Below, piece after piece: positions 45,993 to 55,077 of a stretch of DNA of 64,000 bases. The stretch spans positions 18,198 through 82,197 of the forward strand of contig JBLNCP010000041.1 of the NCBI GenBank assembly GCA_050260775.1, given 5' to 3'. The position numbers were made by a program, and so were the translations under genes. This DNA comes from Solirubrobacterales bacterium (GTDB lineage: Bacteria > Pseudomonadota > Alphaproteobacteria > Rhodospirillales > Magnetospirillaceae). The stretch's first letter is position 1, and every line of letters begins with the position of its first letter. Under the pieces are notes generated by a model that worked only from the letters and a program-made list of their open reading frames with translations, had not been told where the DNA came from and searched no databases.

Positions 45993-46922
45993 ATGGAACA
46001 GACGTTATTGCTGGCCGCCGTGTTTGCGACGGTGGTGCTCAGCGTGGTCGGGGCCGGCATGCTGCTGCGCGACCGCGGCATCGACCGTCGGCTGGCGGGG
46101 TCGACCACCGGCACGGCGCCCTCGTCCTCGCCCAAACTGGCCTTCAACGCCACCAGCCCCATCGTCCAGCTCGCCTTGAAGGCGGGCGCCGCCAAGGCCG
46201 ACGAGCAGACCCGGGGCAAGCTGCGCCGCCAATTGGCGCAGGCCGGCTATCTCGGTCCCAACGCGCCCTCGATCTACCTGGGCATGCGGGTCCTGCTGTC
46301 CCTGTCCCTGCCGCTGGTCGGTCTGCTGGTCTCGTCGGTGGTCGCCTCGACGATGACGTATGAGGACAGCCTCATGGTGATGGTCGGCCTGGGGCTCCTG
46401 GGCTACCTGCTGCCGTCGCTCTACATCGGCCGGGTGGTCAAGACGCGGCAGCGCCTGGCGCGCGAGGGGTTCCCCGACGCCCTCGACATGCTGGTGGTGT
46501 GCGTCGAGGCGGGGCTGGGCATCGACGCCGCCATCCAGAAGGTCGGCGACGAGATCGTGCGCGGCCATCCGCTGCTGTCCTGGCACTTCCGCCTGATGGG
46601 CCTGGAACTTCGGGCGGGCAAGGGGCGCGAGGATGCCCTTCGGCACTTCGCCGACCGCATCGGCATAGACGAGGTCTCGGCCCTCGTCGGCCTGCTGATC
46701 CAGACGGAACGGCTGGGTACCAGCATGGCACAGGCCTTGAAGGCGTATTCCGACGACATGCGCGCCAGGCGCATGCTGAGGGCCGAAGAGAAGGCGCAGA
46801 AGCTGGGCGTGCTGATGAGCCTGCCGCTCATCGGCTTCATCCTGCCCGCTCTCGTCATTGCCATCCTGTCCCCGGCCTTCATCCGTGCCGCCGAGGAAGT
46901 CCTGCCGATGTTCTTCAACTGA
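45993..46922 (+). CDS. tadC: type II secretion system F family protein TadC
   Basis: 309-aa second T2SSF-family membrane protein (FPDALDMLVVCVEAGLGIDAA...). Confidence 0.85.
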   Translation: MEQTLLLAAVFATVVLSVVGAGMLLRDRGIDRRLAGSTTGTAPSSSPKLAFNATSPIVQLALKAGAAKADEQTRGKLRRQLAQAGYLGPNAPSIYLGMRVLLSLSLPLVGLLVSSVVASTMTYEDSLMVMVGLGLLGYLLPSLYIGRVVKTRQRLAREGFPDALDMLVVCVEAGLGIDAAIQKVGDEIVRGHPLLSWHFRLMGLELRAGKGREDALRHFADRIGIDEVSALVGLLIQTERLGTSMAQALKAYSDDMRARRMLRAEEKAQKLGVLMSLPLIGFILPALVIAILSPAFIRAAEEVLPMFFN

Positions 46923-46933
46923 GGGAGGCCGCC

Positions 46934-47971
46934 ATGAACATCCGTATCCGCCTCGCTCCGCTGGGTCTGGCCGCCCTGGCCGCCTGCAGCACGCCGCCGG
47001 CGCCCGTCGGCACGGCCTACGAGGCCGGCAAGGACCACCTCGCCAACGGCCGTAGCGGCAAGGCCATCGAGGCCTTCCGCGCCGCCCTCCAGGAGGAGAA
47101 CCGCTCGCTGCGCGTGCTCAACGCCCTCGGCGCCTCCTACGATGCCATCGGCCGGCCGGAGCTGGCGGAGCCCTATTACCGCGAGGCGCTGATCGTGGCG
47201 CCCGACGACGTCCAGACCCTCAACAACCTCGGCTATTCGCTGCTGCTGGCCGGGCGGGCCGACGAGGCGGCCGCCTTGCTGGCCAAGGCCTTGGCCGTGG
47301 CCCCCGAGGACAGTGTGATCGCCGCCAACCTGACCATGGCGCGCGAGCGCATGGGCCGGCCCCGGCGTGACGACGCCCCGCGGCGGAGCCGCGAGGCGGC
47401 GGTGACCATGCCGGCCGGGCCCTGGATCGAGCGGACCACCCGCATCGTGCAGACCCTGCGCACCGACCCCTCGGGCATGAAACAGGCCATCGACGCCGGC
47501 GCCGATCCCCGGTTGGCCATCCCGGCGGCACCGCCCGAGGACCTGCGGCCGGCGCCGCGCGCGGCGGTGGAGATGGAGACGCTGATGCCCCTGCCGAAGG
47601 CGCTCGAGGCGCCCATCGTGCCGCCGCCGCCGCCGCGGCCGCGGGCCGACGCGACCACGCCGGCGCGGCTGGCCGGGACCTGCGCCATCGAGGTCTCCAA
47701 CGGCAACGGCCGAGACGGGGCGGCCCAGCGGATGCGGGCCTGGCTGCGCCTCGGCTCCGGTCATCCGATCCGCCTGACCAACGCGGCCACCTTTGCGCAT
47801 CCGGCGACGGTGCTCCACTTCTCGCCGGCCTGCGCCGCCGAGGCCCGAGCGCTCGCCCGCACCCTGCCGGTGGCGGTGGACCTGCGCGCCGACCAGGAGG
47901 CGCGCGGGCTGCGCCTCGTGCTCGGGCGGGACCTGCTTCCCTTCGACAAGACTATCGGACGTGACGCATGA
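46934..47971 (+). CDS. TPR lipoprotein with a C-terminal LytR_C-like domain
   Basis: Lipobox LAALAAC, TPR repeats (AYEAGKDHLANGRSGKAIEAFRAAL...), a Pro-rich linker, then CAIEVSNGNGRDGAAQRMRAWL...ATVLHF...A..LA..L resembling the LytR C-terminal domain. Confidence 0.7.
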   Translation: MNIRIRLAPLGLAALAACSTPPAPVGTAYEAGKDHLANGRSGKAIEAFRAALQEENRSLRVLNALGASYDAIGRPELAEPYYREALIVAPDDVQTLNNLGYSLLLAGRADEAAALLAKALAVAPEDSVIAANLTMARERMGRPRRDDAPRRSREAAVTMPAGPWIERTTRIVQTLRTDPSGMKQAIDAGADPRLAIPAAPPEDLRPAPRAAVEMETLMPLPKALEAPIVPPPPPRPRADATTPARLAGTCAIEVSNGNGRDGAAQRMRAWLRLGSGHPIRLTNAATFAHPATVLHFSPACAAEARALARTLPVAVDLRADQEARGLRLVLGRDLLPFDKTIGRDA

Positions 47972-48849
47972 GGAAGATCATCCTGCCGCTGGTGACGCTC
48001 TCGGTGCTGTCGCTCGGGGCCTGTGCCGGCAACCCGAACACCGAACGGCCCGCCACCAGCCGGACCAAGGTTGAAGTGGAGGCCATGGTGGAGGCGGGCC
48101 ACTCCGCCCTTGCCGACGGCCACCCTGAGGAGGCGTCGCAATACTTCTCGCGGGCGCTGACCGAGGCTCCCGACAATGGCCGGGCCAAACTGGGCCTGGC
48201 CGAACTGAAGCTGCTGCGCGGCGAATATCCCCGTGCCGCCCAGATGTTCAAGGACCTGGAGAGCGACGAGGTCGTTGCGGCCGCTGCCAAGCAGGGCAGG
48301 GGGATCGCCCTGCTGATGGGCGGCAAGTCCGACGCGGCGCAGGCCGAACTCGAAGCGGCGGTCGCCGAGGATGCCAAGCTGTGGCGGGCATGGAATGCCC
48401 TCGGCCACATCCACGACCGCGCCAAGCGCTGGGACGAGGCCACCGCCTGCTACACCGCCGCCATCGAGGCGCTGCCCGGGTCGGCGTATCCGCACAACAA
48501 CCTCGGCTATTCCTACCTGCTGCAGGGCAAGTACCCCGAGGCGGCGCGCGAGTTGTCCGAGGCGCTCAGGCTCAAGCCGGATTTCGAGGTGGCGCGCAAC
48601 AACCTGCGGCTGGCCCTGGCATGGCAGGGCCGCTACGTGGAGGCCCTGGCGGGGGTGCCGCGCGAGAAGATGCCGGCCGCGCTCAACAATGTGGGCTACG
48701 CGGCGCTGGTCCGCGGGGACCTGTCGGCGGCGGAGGCCTACCTGACCCGCGCGGTGGAGGTCAGTCCCAGCTTCTTCGAACCCGCGGCCAAGAACCTGCT
48801 GCAACTGGATGCGGCCAAGGGGACCGACACCAGCCAGGGGGGGCGCTGA
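47968..48849 (+). CDS. TadD-like TPR lipoprotein
   Basis: Lipobox LSLGAC followed by multiple TPR repeats. It overlaps the preceding gene by 4 nt (ATGA). Confidence 0.7.
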   Translation: MRKIILPLVTLSVLSLGACAGNPNTERPATSRTKVEVEAMVEAGHSALADGHPEEASQYFSRALTEAPDNGRAKLGLAELKLLRGEYPRAAQMFKDLESDEVVAAAAKQGRGIALLMGGKSDAAQAELEAAVAEDAKLWRAWNALGHIHDRAKRWDEATACYTAAIEALPGSAYPHNNLGYSYLLQGKYPEAARELSEALRLKPDFEVARNNLRLALAWQGRYVEALAGVPREKMPAALNNVGYAALVRGDLSAAEAYLTRAVEVSPSFFEPAAKNLLQLDAAKGTDTSQGGR

Positions 48850-48851
48850 CC

Positions 48852-49343
48852 ATGGAGACCTTCCATAAGCTGGCGCTCGCCCTCTACCTGGCTCCGTTGA
48901 TCGTCGCGGGCGTGTGGGACCTGCGCAGCTACCGCATCCCCAACGTGGTGCCCGCCGTCCTGGTCGGCGGCTTCGTCGTCGCCGCCGCCACCGCGACGAC
49001 CGAGGTGTTGTGGCTTCATCATGTCCTGGCGTTCGTGATCGCCTTGGCCATGGGGGCGGTCCTGTTCGCGGTCAACGCCCTCGGCGGCGGCGACGTCAAG
49101 CTGATGGCCGCCACCGCCCTGTGGTGCGGGATCGGCAACCTGCTGCCGCTCTTGCTGACCATCGGCCTCGCCGGCGGCGGCCTCGCCCTGCTGCTGCTGG
49201 CGGTGCGCTCGCCCATGGGGCAGGGCCTGCTGGCCGTGCGCATGGCGACCTTCCCCGAGATCTTCAGCCCCGGCGGCCGCGTCCCCTATGGCCTGGCGAT
49301 CATGGCCGGCGGCATCTCGCTTGCCGGCAGCCTGCCGGTGTGA
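48852..49343 (+). CDS. cpaA: A24-family prepilin peptidase CpaA/TadV
   Basis: 163-aa membrane protein with two catalytic Asp contexts (AGVWDLRSYRIPN and GGGDVKLMAA). Confidence 0.8.
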   Translation: METFHKLALALYLAPLIVAGVWDLRSYRIPNVVPAVLVGGFVVAAATATTEVLWLHHVLAFVIALAMGAVLFAVNALGGGDVKLMAATALWCGIGNLLPLLLTIGLAGGGLALLLLAVRSPMGQGLLAVRMATFPEIFSPGGRVPYGLAIMAGGISLAGSLPV

Positions 49344-49350
49344 CGAAAGG

Positions 49351-49623
49351 TCAGTCGCGCCGGCGGTCGAAGCTCAGCTTCATGGCGATCAGCGCGACGA
49401 TCATCGTCCCGGCCAGCGAGTTGGCGAACACCACCGACCAGCCGTCCAGCATCAGGCCGTAGATTATCCACAGGGCCATGGCCACCAGGGCCATGATCAT
49501 CCAGCTGAAGCTGAGATCCTGGGCCGAGCGGGTCACCCAGGTCCGGCGGACCTGCGGCAGCAGCGAGACGGTCGACAGGACGGCGGCGACCATGCCGACC
49601 GCTTCGGCGTTGATGTGGCCCAA
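49351..49623 (-). CDS. SemiSWEET / PQ-loop family transporter
   Basis: Three-TM protein with the PQ motif (LSTVSLLPQVRRTW.TRSAQDLS). A TTG start at 49623 is supported by a GGGAGGG RBS 5 nt upstream. The ATG at 49656 is the alternative. Confidence 0.65.
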   Translation of the reverse strand: MGHINAEAVGMVAAVLSTVSLLPQVRRTWVTRSAQDLSFSWMIMALVAMALWIIYGLMLDGWSVVFANSLAGTMIVALIAMKLSFDRRRD

Positions 49624-49670
49624 GGGACCCTCCCAAAAGTTTCTCGGCGTCCGCACCTTAGTGCCCAGGG

Positions 49671-49688
49671 GGTTACCAGATGGTAACC
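49671..49688. promoter_or_regulatory. perfect 8-2-8 palindrome GGTTACCA-GA-TGGTAACC in the divergent promoter region
   Basis: Read directly from the sequence. It lies between the SemiSWEET gene (-) and the five-gene cassette (+). Confidence 0.5.
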
Positions 49689-49779
49689 ATTTTTGGGTAG
49701 TGCTGGAATCAATCGGGGAAACCCGCCGTCGCGCCGGGTGCCCCGGCCGGGGGCCAGCGGACGTTAGGAGGGGTCAGGG

Positions 49780-50577
49780 ATGAATAGTCGTGAACGCCAG
49801 ATGCTCGAGATCCTCAAGCGGGGCCGGGACGAGTTCGGGTACACCGCCATCAAGGCGGAGTTCGAGGCCGAAGGCACCCGGGTCGAGGAGCTTCTGCGCC
49901 TTATCGAGATCACCCGCAAGGCCGGCCTGAATTTCGGCCTGAAGATCGGCGGCTGCGAGGCCATGCGCGACCTGCTGGAGGCCGTGCAGATCGGCGTCGA
50001 ATACATCATCGCGCCGATGATCGAGAGCCCCTACGCGCTGTCCAAGTTCATCGACGGCAAGAACAAAGTCTACGACAAGGACCAGCAGCAGGACACCGAC
50101 TTCCTGTTCAACCTGGAAACCATCTCGGCGTTCAACTGTCTGTCCGACATGATCGCCATGGCCAAGGCCCCCGGCGGCACCAATGGCGTGGTGTTCGGCC
50201 GCGTCGACTTCTCGCTGTCGTGCGGCTACTCGCGTGACGCCATCAACGACGACAAGGTCACCGACTACGTCGTCGCCACCGCGGCGGCGTGCAAGGAGAA
50301 CGACCTCGACATCGTCGTCGGCGGCGGCGTCTCCATGGACGCGATCCCGGCGCTGCGCCGGATCAAGCAGACCAAGCTCACCCGGTTCGAGACCCGCAAG
50401 ATCATCTTCAAGGGCGAGGCCATCGACACCCCCAACATCGAGAAGGGCCTGCTCAACGCGGTTCATTTCGAGTTGCTGTGGCTGCTGAACAAGCGCGACT
50501 ACTACGGCCTGATCCAGCACGAGGACGACAAGCGCATCGAGATGCTCGAGAAGCGCTGGAAAGTCCTGAACGGCTGA
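49780..50577 (+). CDS. TIM-barrel aldolase / citrate-lyase-like (HpcH/HpaI superfamily) protein, putative
   Basis: 265 aa. The pattern KAEFEAEG...KIGGCEA..D...A...[15 protein letters not shown] resembles PEP/pyruvate-binding TIM-barrel lyases. The assignment is tentative. Confidence 0.45.
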   Translation: MNSRERQMLEILKRGRDEFGYTAIKAEFEAEGTRVEELLRLIEITRKAGLNFGLKIGGCEAMRDLLEAVQIGVEYIIAPMIESPYALSKFIDGKNKVYDKDQQQDTDFLFNLETISAFNCLSDMIAMAKAPGGTNGVVFGRVDFSLSCGYSRDAINDDKVTDYVVATAAACKENDLDIVVGGGVSMDAIPALRRIKQTKLTRFETRKIIFKGEAIDTPNIEKGLLNAVHFELLWLLNKRDYYGLIQHEDDKRIEMLEKRWKVLNG

Positions 50578-50593
50578 TCCGGGGAGCCGTCGG

Positions 50594-51307
50594 ATGGCGG
50601 GGGGAAGCGCCGGCACGCTGCTGCTGTTCGGTGGCACCGGCGTGATCGCCGGCGCCATCCGGGACCTTTTCAAATCCCAGGGCTGGCGGGTGGTTTCGAC
50701 CGCCCGCCGACCGCCCGAGGGGGCCGGCGACGACTGGGTCGCCTTCGACCCCTTCGCCGAGGGGTTCGACCACGCTTGCCTAGACGGGCGGGGACCGTTC
50801 TCGGCGGTGGTGTGGGCGCAGGGCGCCAACCGCAACGACAGCGTCTACGATCTCGATGTCGACGCCCATCTCGACCTCTACCGCGCCAACGTGCTGTTCA
50901 ACCTGGTGAGCCTCAAGCTGATGCTCGACCGGGGGCTGCTGGCTCCGGCCAGCCGCCTGTGCGTGATCAGCTCCATCTGGCAGAACCTGGCGCGCCAGAA
51001 AAAGCTGTCCTACTGCGTCACCAAATCGGCGCTGCAGGGGTTCGTGCTTTCGGCCTCCGCCGATCTTGCCGAGGACGGCCACGTCATCAACGCCATTCTG
51101 CCCGGCGCCCTGGATACTCCGATGACCCGGGCCAACCTGCAGCCGGCGCAGATCGCCGCCATCGCCGGCGCCACCAAATTCGGTCGTCTGCCCCAGCTGG
51201 ACGACGTCGCCAACCTGGCACTGTTCCTGTGCGGTCCCGGCAATACCGGCATCACCGGGCAGTTCATCGCCGCCGATCTGGGATTCAGCCATGTCCGCAT
51301 CGTTTGA
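50594..51307 (+). CDS. short-chain dehydrogenase/reductase
   Basis: FGGTGVIAGAI (Rossmann), then SS...YCVTKSAL (Ser and YxxxK) and PGALDTPMT. Confidence 0.8.
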   Translation: MAGGSAGTLLLFGGTGVIAGAIRDLFKSQGWRVVSTARRPPEGAGDDWVAFDPFAEGFDHACLDGRGPFSAVVWAQGANRNDSVYDLDVDAHLDLYRANVLFNLVSLKLMLDRGLLAPASRLCVISSIWQNLARQKKLSYCVTKSALQGFVLSASADLAEDGHVINAILPGALDTPMTRANLQPAQIAAIAGATKFGRLPQLDDVANLALFLCGPGNTGITGQFIAADLGFSHVRIV

Positions 51308-52364
51308 GGTTTCGTCGAGCACCGGCGCCTACGGCGTCGAGATCGTGCCGGGCTCGTTCGCCGCGCTGGCCAAGGCGACCGGTGACGTGGTGACGGTCTG
51401 CGACGAGCGTTTCGCCAAGGATCTCGGCGGCGGGCGCGTGCTGGCCCTGGCCGCCGACGAATCCACCAAGAGCCTGGAAGCCATGCCGGCCATCATCAGC
51501 CGCCTGCGCGAGCTGGGCGCCACGCGCTCGACCCGGCTGGTCGCCGTGGGCGGCGGCATCGTCCAGGACGTGGCCGCCTTCTGCGCCTCGGTCTACATGC
51601 GCGGGCTGGTGTGGGAATACTGGCCGACCACCCTGCTGGGCATGGTCGATTCCTGCATCGGCGGCAAATCCTCCATCAACGCCGGTGCCTACAAGAACCT
51701 GGTCGGCACCTTCCATCCGCCCGAGACCATCCGCATCGATCCCCGCCTTGCCGCCTCGCTGTCGATCGAGCAGCGCGTCGCCGGCCTGTGCGAGGCGGTC
51801 AAGATCTGCTTCGCCGGGGGCGACGAGCCCTTCGCCGCCTATCTCGCCCGCAATCCCGAGGTGGCCATGGGCGAGGTGGAACTGGAGGGAGTGATCCACT
51901 CCACCCTGCTGACCAAGAAGTGGTTCATCGAGGTCGACGAGTTCGACCGCGCCGAACGCCTGCTGCTCAATTTCGGCCACACCTTTGGCCACGCCATCGA
52001 GGCGGCCTCCGCCTTCGCCATCAGCCACGGGGTGGCGGTCGGCCTCGGCATGCTGTGCGCAGCCGAACTGGGCGCCCGCCGCGGCTTCGATTACGCCAAG
52101 GTCGCCCGGGTGCGCCAGTTGGTGGCGCATACCGAGGCGCTGCTGGCCAAGGTCGCGGGCCTCGCCCAGGCTTTGGGGCGGGTCGATCCGGCGGCGGCCA
52201 CCGAGCGCCTGCTGGCCGACAAGAAGCACGGCGCCGATTTCCTGGCGGTCATCGCCATCGACGCCCAGGGGCATCTGGAGCGGCTCAAGCTGCCGCGCAC
52301 TCCCGAGAGCCTGGACACCATCCGCGGCGTGTTCGCCGCCATCATCGCGAGATACGGGGCATGA
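51291..52364 (+). CDS. 3-dehydroquinate synthase-like sugar-phosphate cyclase family protein
   Basis: GGGIVQDVAAFCAS, DSCIGGKSSINAGAYKNLVGTFHPP and LNFGHTFGHAIE match DHQS-family motifs. It overlaps the SDR gene by 17 nt and is not next to aroK. Confidence 0.8.
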   Translation: MSASFEVSSSTGAYGVEIVPGSFAALAKATGDVVTVCDERFAKDLGGGRVLALAADESTKSLEAMPAIISRLRELGATRSTRLVAVGGGIVQDVAAFCASVYMRGLVWEYWPTTLLGMVDSCIGGKSSINAGAYKNLVGTFHPPETIRIDPRLAASLSIEQRVAGLCEAVKICFAGGDEPFAAYLARNPEVAMGEVELEGVIHSTLLTKKWFIEVDEFDRAERLLLNFGHTFGHAIEAASAFAISHGVAVGLGMLCAAELGARRGFDYAKVARVRQLVAHTEALLAKVAGLAQALGRVDPAAATERLLADKKHGADFLAVIAIDAQGHLERLKLPRTPESLDTIRGVFAAIIARYGA

Positions 52365-54127
52365 AGTACAGCGACGTCCTCGCCGACTGGCTGGTCCAGC
52401 TCGGCTATACCCACTGCTTCTATCTGGCGGGCGGCAACATCATGCACCTGCTGGAAAGCGTCAGCCGGCGCTTCACCGCCATCCCGGTGGTGCACGAGGT
52501 CTGCGGCGGCATCGCCGCCGAGTACTTCACCGAGATCCCCGAAGGCGGCCGCGCCTTCGCGCTGGTCACCGCCGGTCCGGGCCTCACCAACATCGTCACC
52601 GCCATGGCGGGCGCCTTCCTGGAGAGCCGCGAACTTCTGGTGCTGGGCGGCCAGGTTAAGGTCCCCGACCTTGCGCGCGGCCAGTTGCGCCAGCGCGGCA
52701 TCCAGGAGATCGCCGGCGTCGACATCGCCCGCCCGGTCACGGTGCTGTCGCACCTGATGGACGAGGTGCTGGACCGCGAGGCCTTCTGCCGCGTCGCCGA
52801 GTCCGGCAGCTCCGGCCGCAAGGGTCCCGTCTTCATCGAGATCCCGCTCGACATCCAGGCCCGCGACGTCGATGCCGACGCGTTGGGGGCGTCGCCGCTG
52901 GCGGTCCGCCGCGGTACGGCGCCGCAGGGGCCGTCCGCCGCCGAGATGGACAAGGTGGCGGCCATGGTGCGCGCCGCCGAGCGACCGGTGCTGCTGCTGG
53001 GCGGCGGCGTCTCGCGCGCCGCCGCGGCGGCGGCCGATTTCGCCGCCATGGGCGTGCCGGTGCAGACCACCTGGAACGGCGCCGACCGCGTCGCCGCCGA
53101 CCACCCGCTCTATTTCGGCCGCCCCAATACCTGGGGCCAGCGCTACGCCAACCTCGTGCTGCAGCAGGCCGACCTCGTGGTCGCGCTGGGCAGCCGGCTC
53201 GGCCTGCAGCAGACCGGCTTCAATCACCAGGAATTCGCGCCCGTCGCCAAGGTGGTCCAGGTGGATTGCGATCCGGCCGAGTTGGACAAGGGCCATCCCC
53301 GGGTTGACCTGCCTCTGTGCGGCGATGCCGACCGGGTGCTCGCCCACCTGGGCTCCGCCACGCTCGGCGACCACGGCGCCTGGGTCGAGTATTGCCGCGA
53401 GATCAAGGCGTCGGTGCCCCTGATCGAGCCGATCAACACCACCGGCCCCGACTTCATCTCCCCCTACGTGTTCTGCGAGACCCTGTCGCGGCTGTGCGCC
53501 GAGGGCGACGTCGTCATCCCCTGCAGCAGCGGCGGCGCCTTCACGGTGATGATGCAGACCTTTGCCCAGAAGCGGGGCCAGCGCATCGTCACCGACAAGG
53601 GACTGGCGTCCATGGGCTATGGCCTGTCGGGCGCCATCGGCGCGGCGCTGGCCGCCGATGGCAAGCGGACGGTGCTGGTGGAGGGCGACGGCGGCTTCGC
53701 CCAGAACCTGCAGGAAATCGGCACGGTGGCGGCCAATCGCCTGAACCTCAAGATGTTCGTCTTCGACGACAGCGGCTACGCCTCGATCCGCATGACCCAG
53801 CGCAACTACTTCGGCGGGCGCTACGTCGGCTGCGACCTCAACACCGGCCTCGGCCTGCCCGACTGGGACAAGCTGTTCGGGGTGTGGGGTGTCCCCGCCT
53901 ACCGGCTGAAGCCCGGCTTTGCCGATGATGCCGGGTTCCGCGCCCTGTTCGACCAGCCCGGGCCGGTCGGCTTCATCGTGCCGGTCGATCCTGGCCAGAC
54001 CTATCTCCCCAAGATCGCCAGCCGGGTGACCGAGACTGGCGGCATGGTGTCGAACCCGCTGCACCTGATGTCGCCGCCGCTGGACGATGCGGTGATGGCC
54101 CGGGTCGGCCGCTACCTGCCCAAGTGA
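52361..54127 (+). CDS. thiamine-diphosphate-dependent enzyme (acetolactate synthase large-subunit-like)
   Basis: An N-terminal Pyr domain (VHEVCGGIAAEYF..., TAGPGLTNIVTAMA), a central domain, and a C-terminal PP domain with GDGGFAQNLQE...N (ThDP-Mg motif). ATGA overlap with the preceding gene. Confidence 0.85.
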   Translation: MKYSDVLADWLVQLGYTHCFYLAGGNIMHLLESVSRRFTAIPVVHEVCGGIAAEYFTEIPEGGRAFALVTAGPGLTNIVTAMAGAFLESRELLVLGGQVKVPDLARGQLRQRGIQEIAGVDIARPVTVLSHLMDEVLDREAFCRVAESGSSGRKGPVFIEIPLDIQARDVDADALGASPLAVRRGTAPQGPSAAEMDKVAAMVRAAERPVLLLGGGVSRAAAAAADFAAMGVPVQTTWNGADRVAADHPLYFGRPNTWGQRYANLVLQQADLVVALGSRLGLQQTGFNHQEFAPVAKVVQVDCDPAELDKGHPRVDLPLCGDADRVLAHLGSATLGDHGAWVEYCREIKASVPLIEPINTTGPDFISPYVFCETLSRLCAEGDVVIPCSSGGAFTVMMQTFAQKRGQRIVTDKGLASMGYGLSGAIGAALAADGKRTVLVEGDGGFAQNLQEIGTVAANRLNLKMFVFDDSGYASIRMTQRNYFGGRYVGCDLNTGLGLPDWDKLFGVWGVPAYRLKPGFADDAGFRALFDQPGPVGFIVPVDPGQTYLPKIASRVTETGGMVSNPLHLMSPPLDDAVMARVGRYLPK

Positions 54128-55077
54128 TGGGCCGCCTCGCCTTCTCGCCCCATGTGGGCGCCGCCCTGGCGGCCTCCGGGCTGTCGGTGGCGGTGACCGG
54201 CGGGGGAGGATGGATCGGCCAGGGCGCCCTCGAAATGCTGGAGGGCGCCCTGGGCGACGACTTCGCCGCCCGCGTCCGCGTGTTCGGCTCGCGGGCCCGG
54301 TCGCTGGAGCTCCGCTCCGGCCGGCAGGTGGCCTGCGCGCCGCTGGCGCGGATGGCGGAACTGCCGCCCGGGCCCTGGGCCTTCCTTCATTTCGCCTTCC
54401 TCACCCGCGACCGTCTGGGCGGGCAATCGGTGGACAGCTTCATCGCCGGCAACCAGGCGATCACCGACACGGTGGCGGCGGCCGCCGAGCGCGTGCACGT
54501 GCGCGGCATGGTCTCGGTGTCGTCGGGGGCGGTGCATCTGCCGGGCGGGCTGGAAGGCAACGCCTACGGTGCCATGAAGCTGCGCGAGGAGGAGCGGCTG
54601 TCCGAGCTGGCCGGCCGTCTCGGGGCCGCGCTGATGGTGCCGCGGCTGTTCGCGCTGTCAGGCCCCTTCGTCAACAAGCTCGACACCTACGCCCTGGCCT
54701 CGATCCTGGTGGCGGCGCTCAAGGGCGGACCGGTGGTGCTGCGTGCCGGCCATCGGGTCGAGCGCTCGTACATCCACGTGCGCGACGTGGTCGATCTGTG
54801 CGTGGCGGGAATGCTGGCGGGGGATTGTCCCCAGGCGCCCTTTGACGCCTGCGGCTCCGAGGTTGTGGAGATGGGGGAACTGGCGCGTCGGGCCCTGGCG
54901 GTGCTGGGACGGCCCGCCATCGCCATCGAGCGCCCGCCGGTGGATGCCACGCGGGTCGACCGCTACACCGGCGATCCGGCGACGGTGCGGGCGCTGGCCG
55001 CCCGCCACGGCATCCGCTTGCTCGACCTGGACGCCCAGATCGCCAGCACGGCGGAATACCTACACCAGCTTTCCTGA
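54124..55077 (+). CDS. NAD-dependent epimerase/dehydratase family protein
   Basis: VTGGGGWIGQG Rossmann motif, and YGAMK (YxxxK). GTG 54124 or ATG 54127 overlaps the stop of the ThDP enzyme gene. Confidence 0.7.
   Translation: MMGRLAFSPHVGAALAASGLSVAVTGGGGWIGQGALEMLEGALGDDFAARVRVFGSRARSLELRSGRQVACAPLARMAELPPGPWAFLHFAFLTRDRLGGQSVDSFIAGNQAITDTVAAAAERVHVRGMVSVSSGAVHLPGGLEGNAYGAMKLREEERLSELAGRLGAALMVPRLFALSGPFVNKLDTYALASILVAALKGGPVVLRAGHRVERSYIHVRDVVDLCVAGMLAGDCPQAPFDACGSEVVEMGELARRALAVLGRPAIAIERPPVDATRVDRYTGDPATVRALAARHGIRLLDLDAQIASTAEYLHQLS

Noticed and set aside
46421-47818. 465-aa minus-strand ORF, and the 145-codon N-terminal extension of the TPR-LytR_C ORF (46499..46933)
   Set aside because: Both overlap tadC or the TPR gene. 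The lipoprotein start at 46934 has a GGGAGG RBS and a lipobox.
51611-52360. 250-codon N-terminal extension of the ThDP-enzyme ORF (838-aa version)
   Set aside because: The extension overlaps the DHQS-like gene in another frame and is Arg/Gly/Pro-rich. ATG 52361 (ATGA coupling) gives a normal 588-aa ThDP enzyme.
52091-54064. 657-aa ORF antisense to the ThDP enzyme gene
   Set aside because: Shadow ORF.
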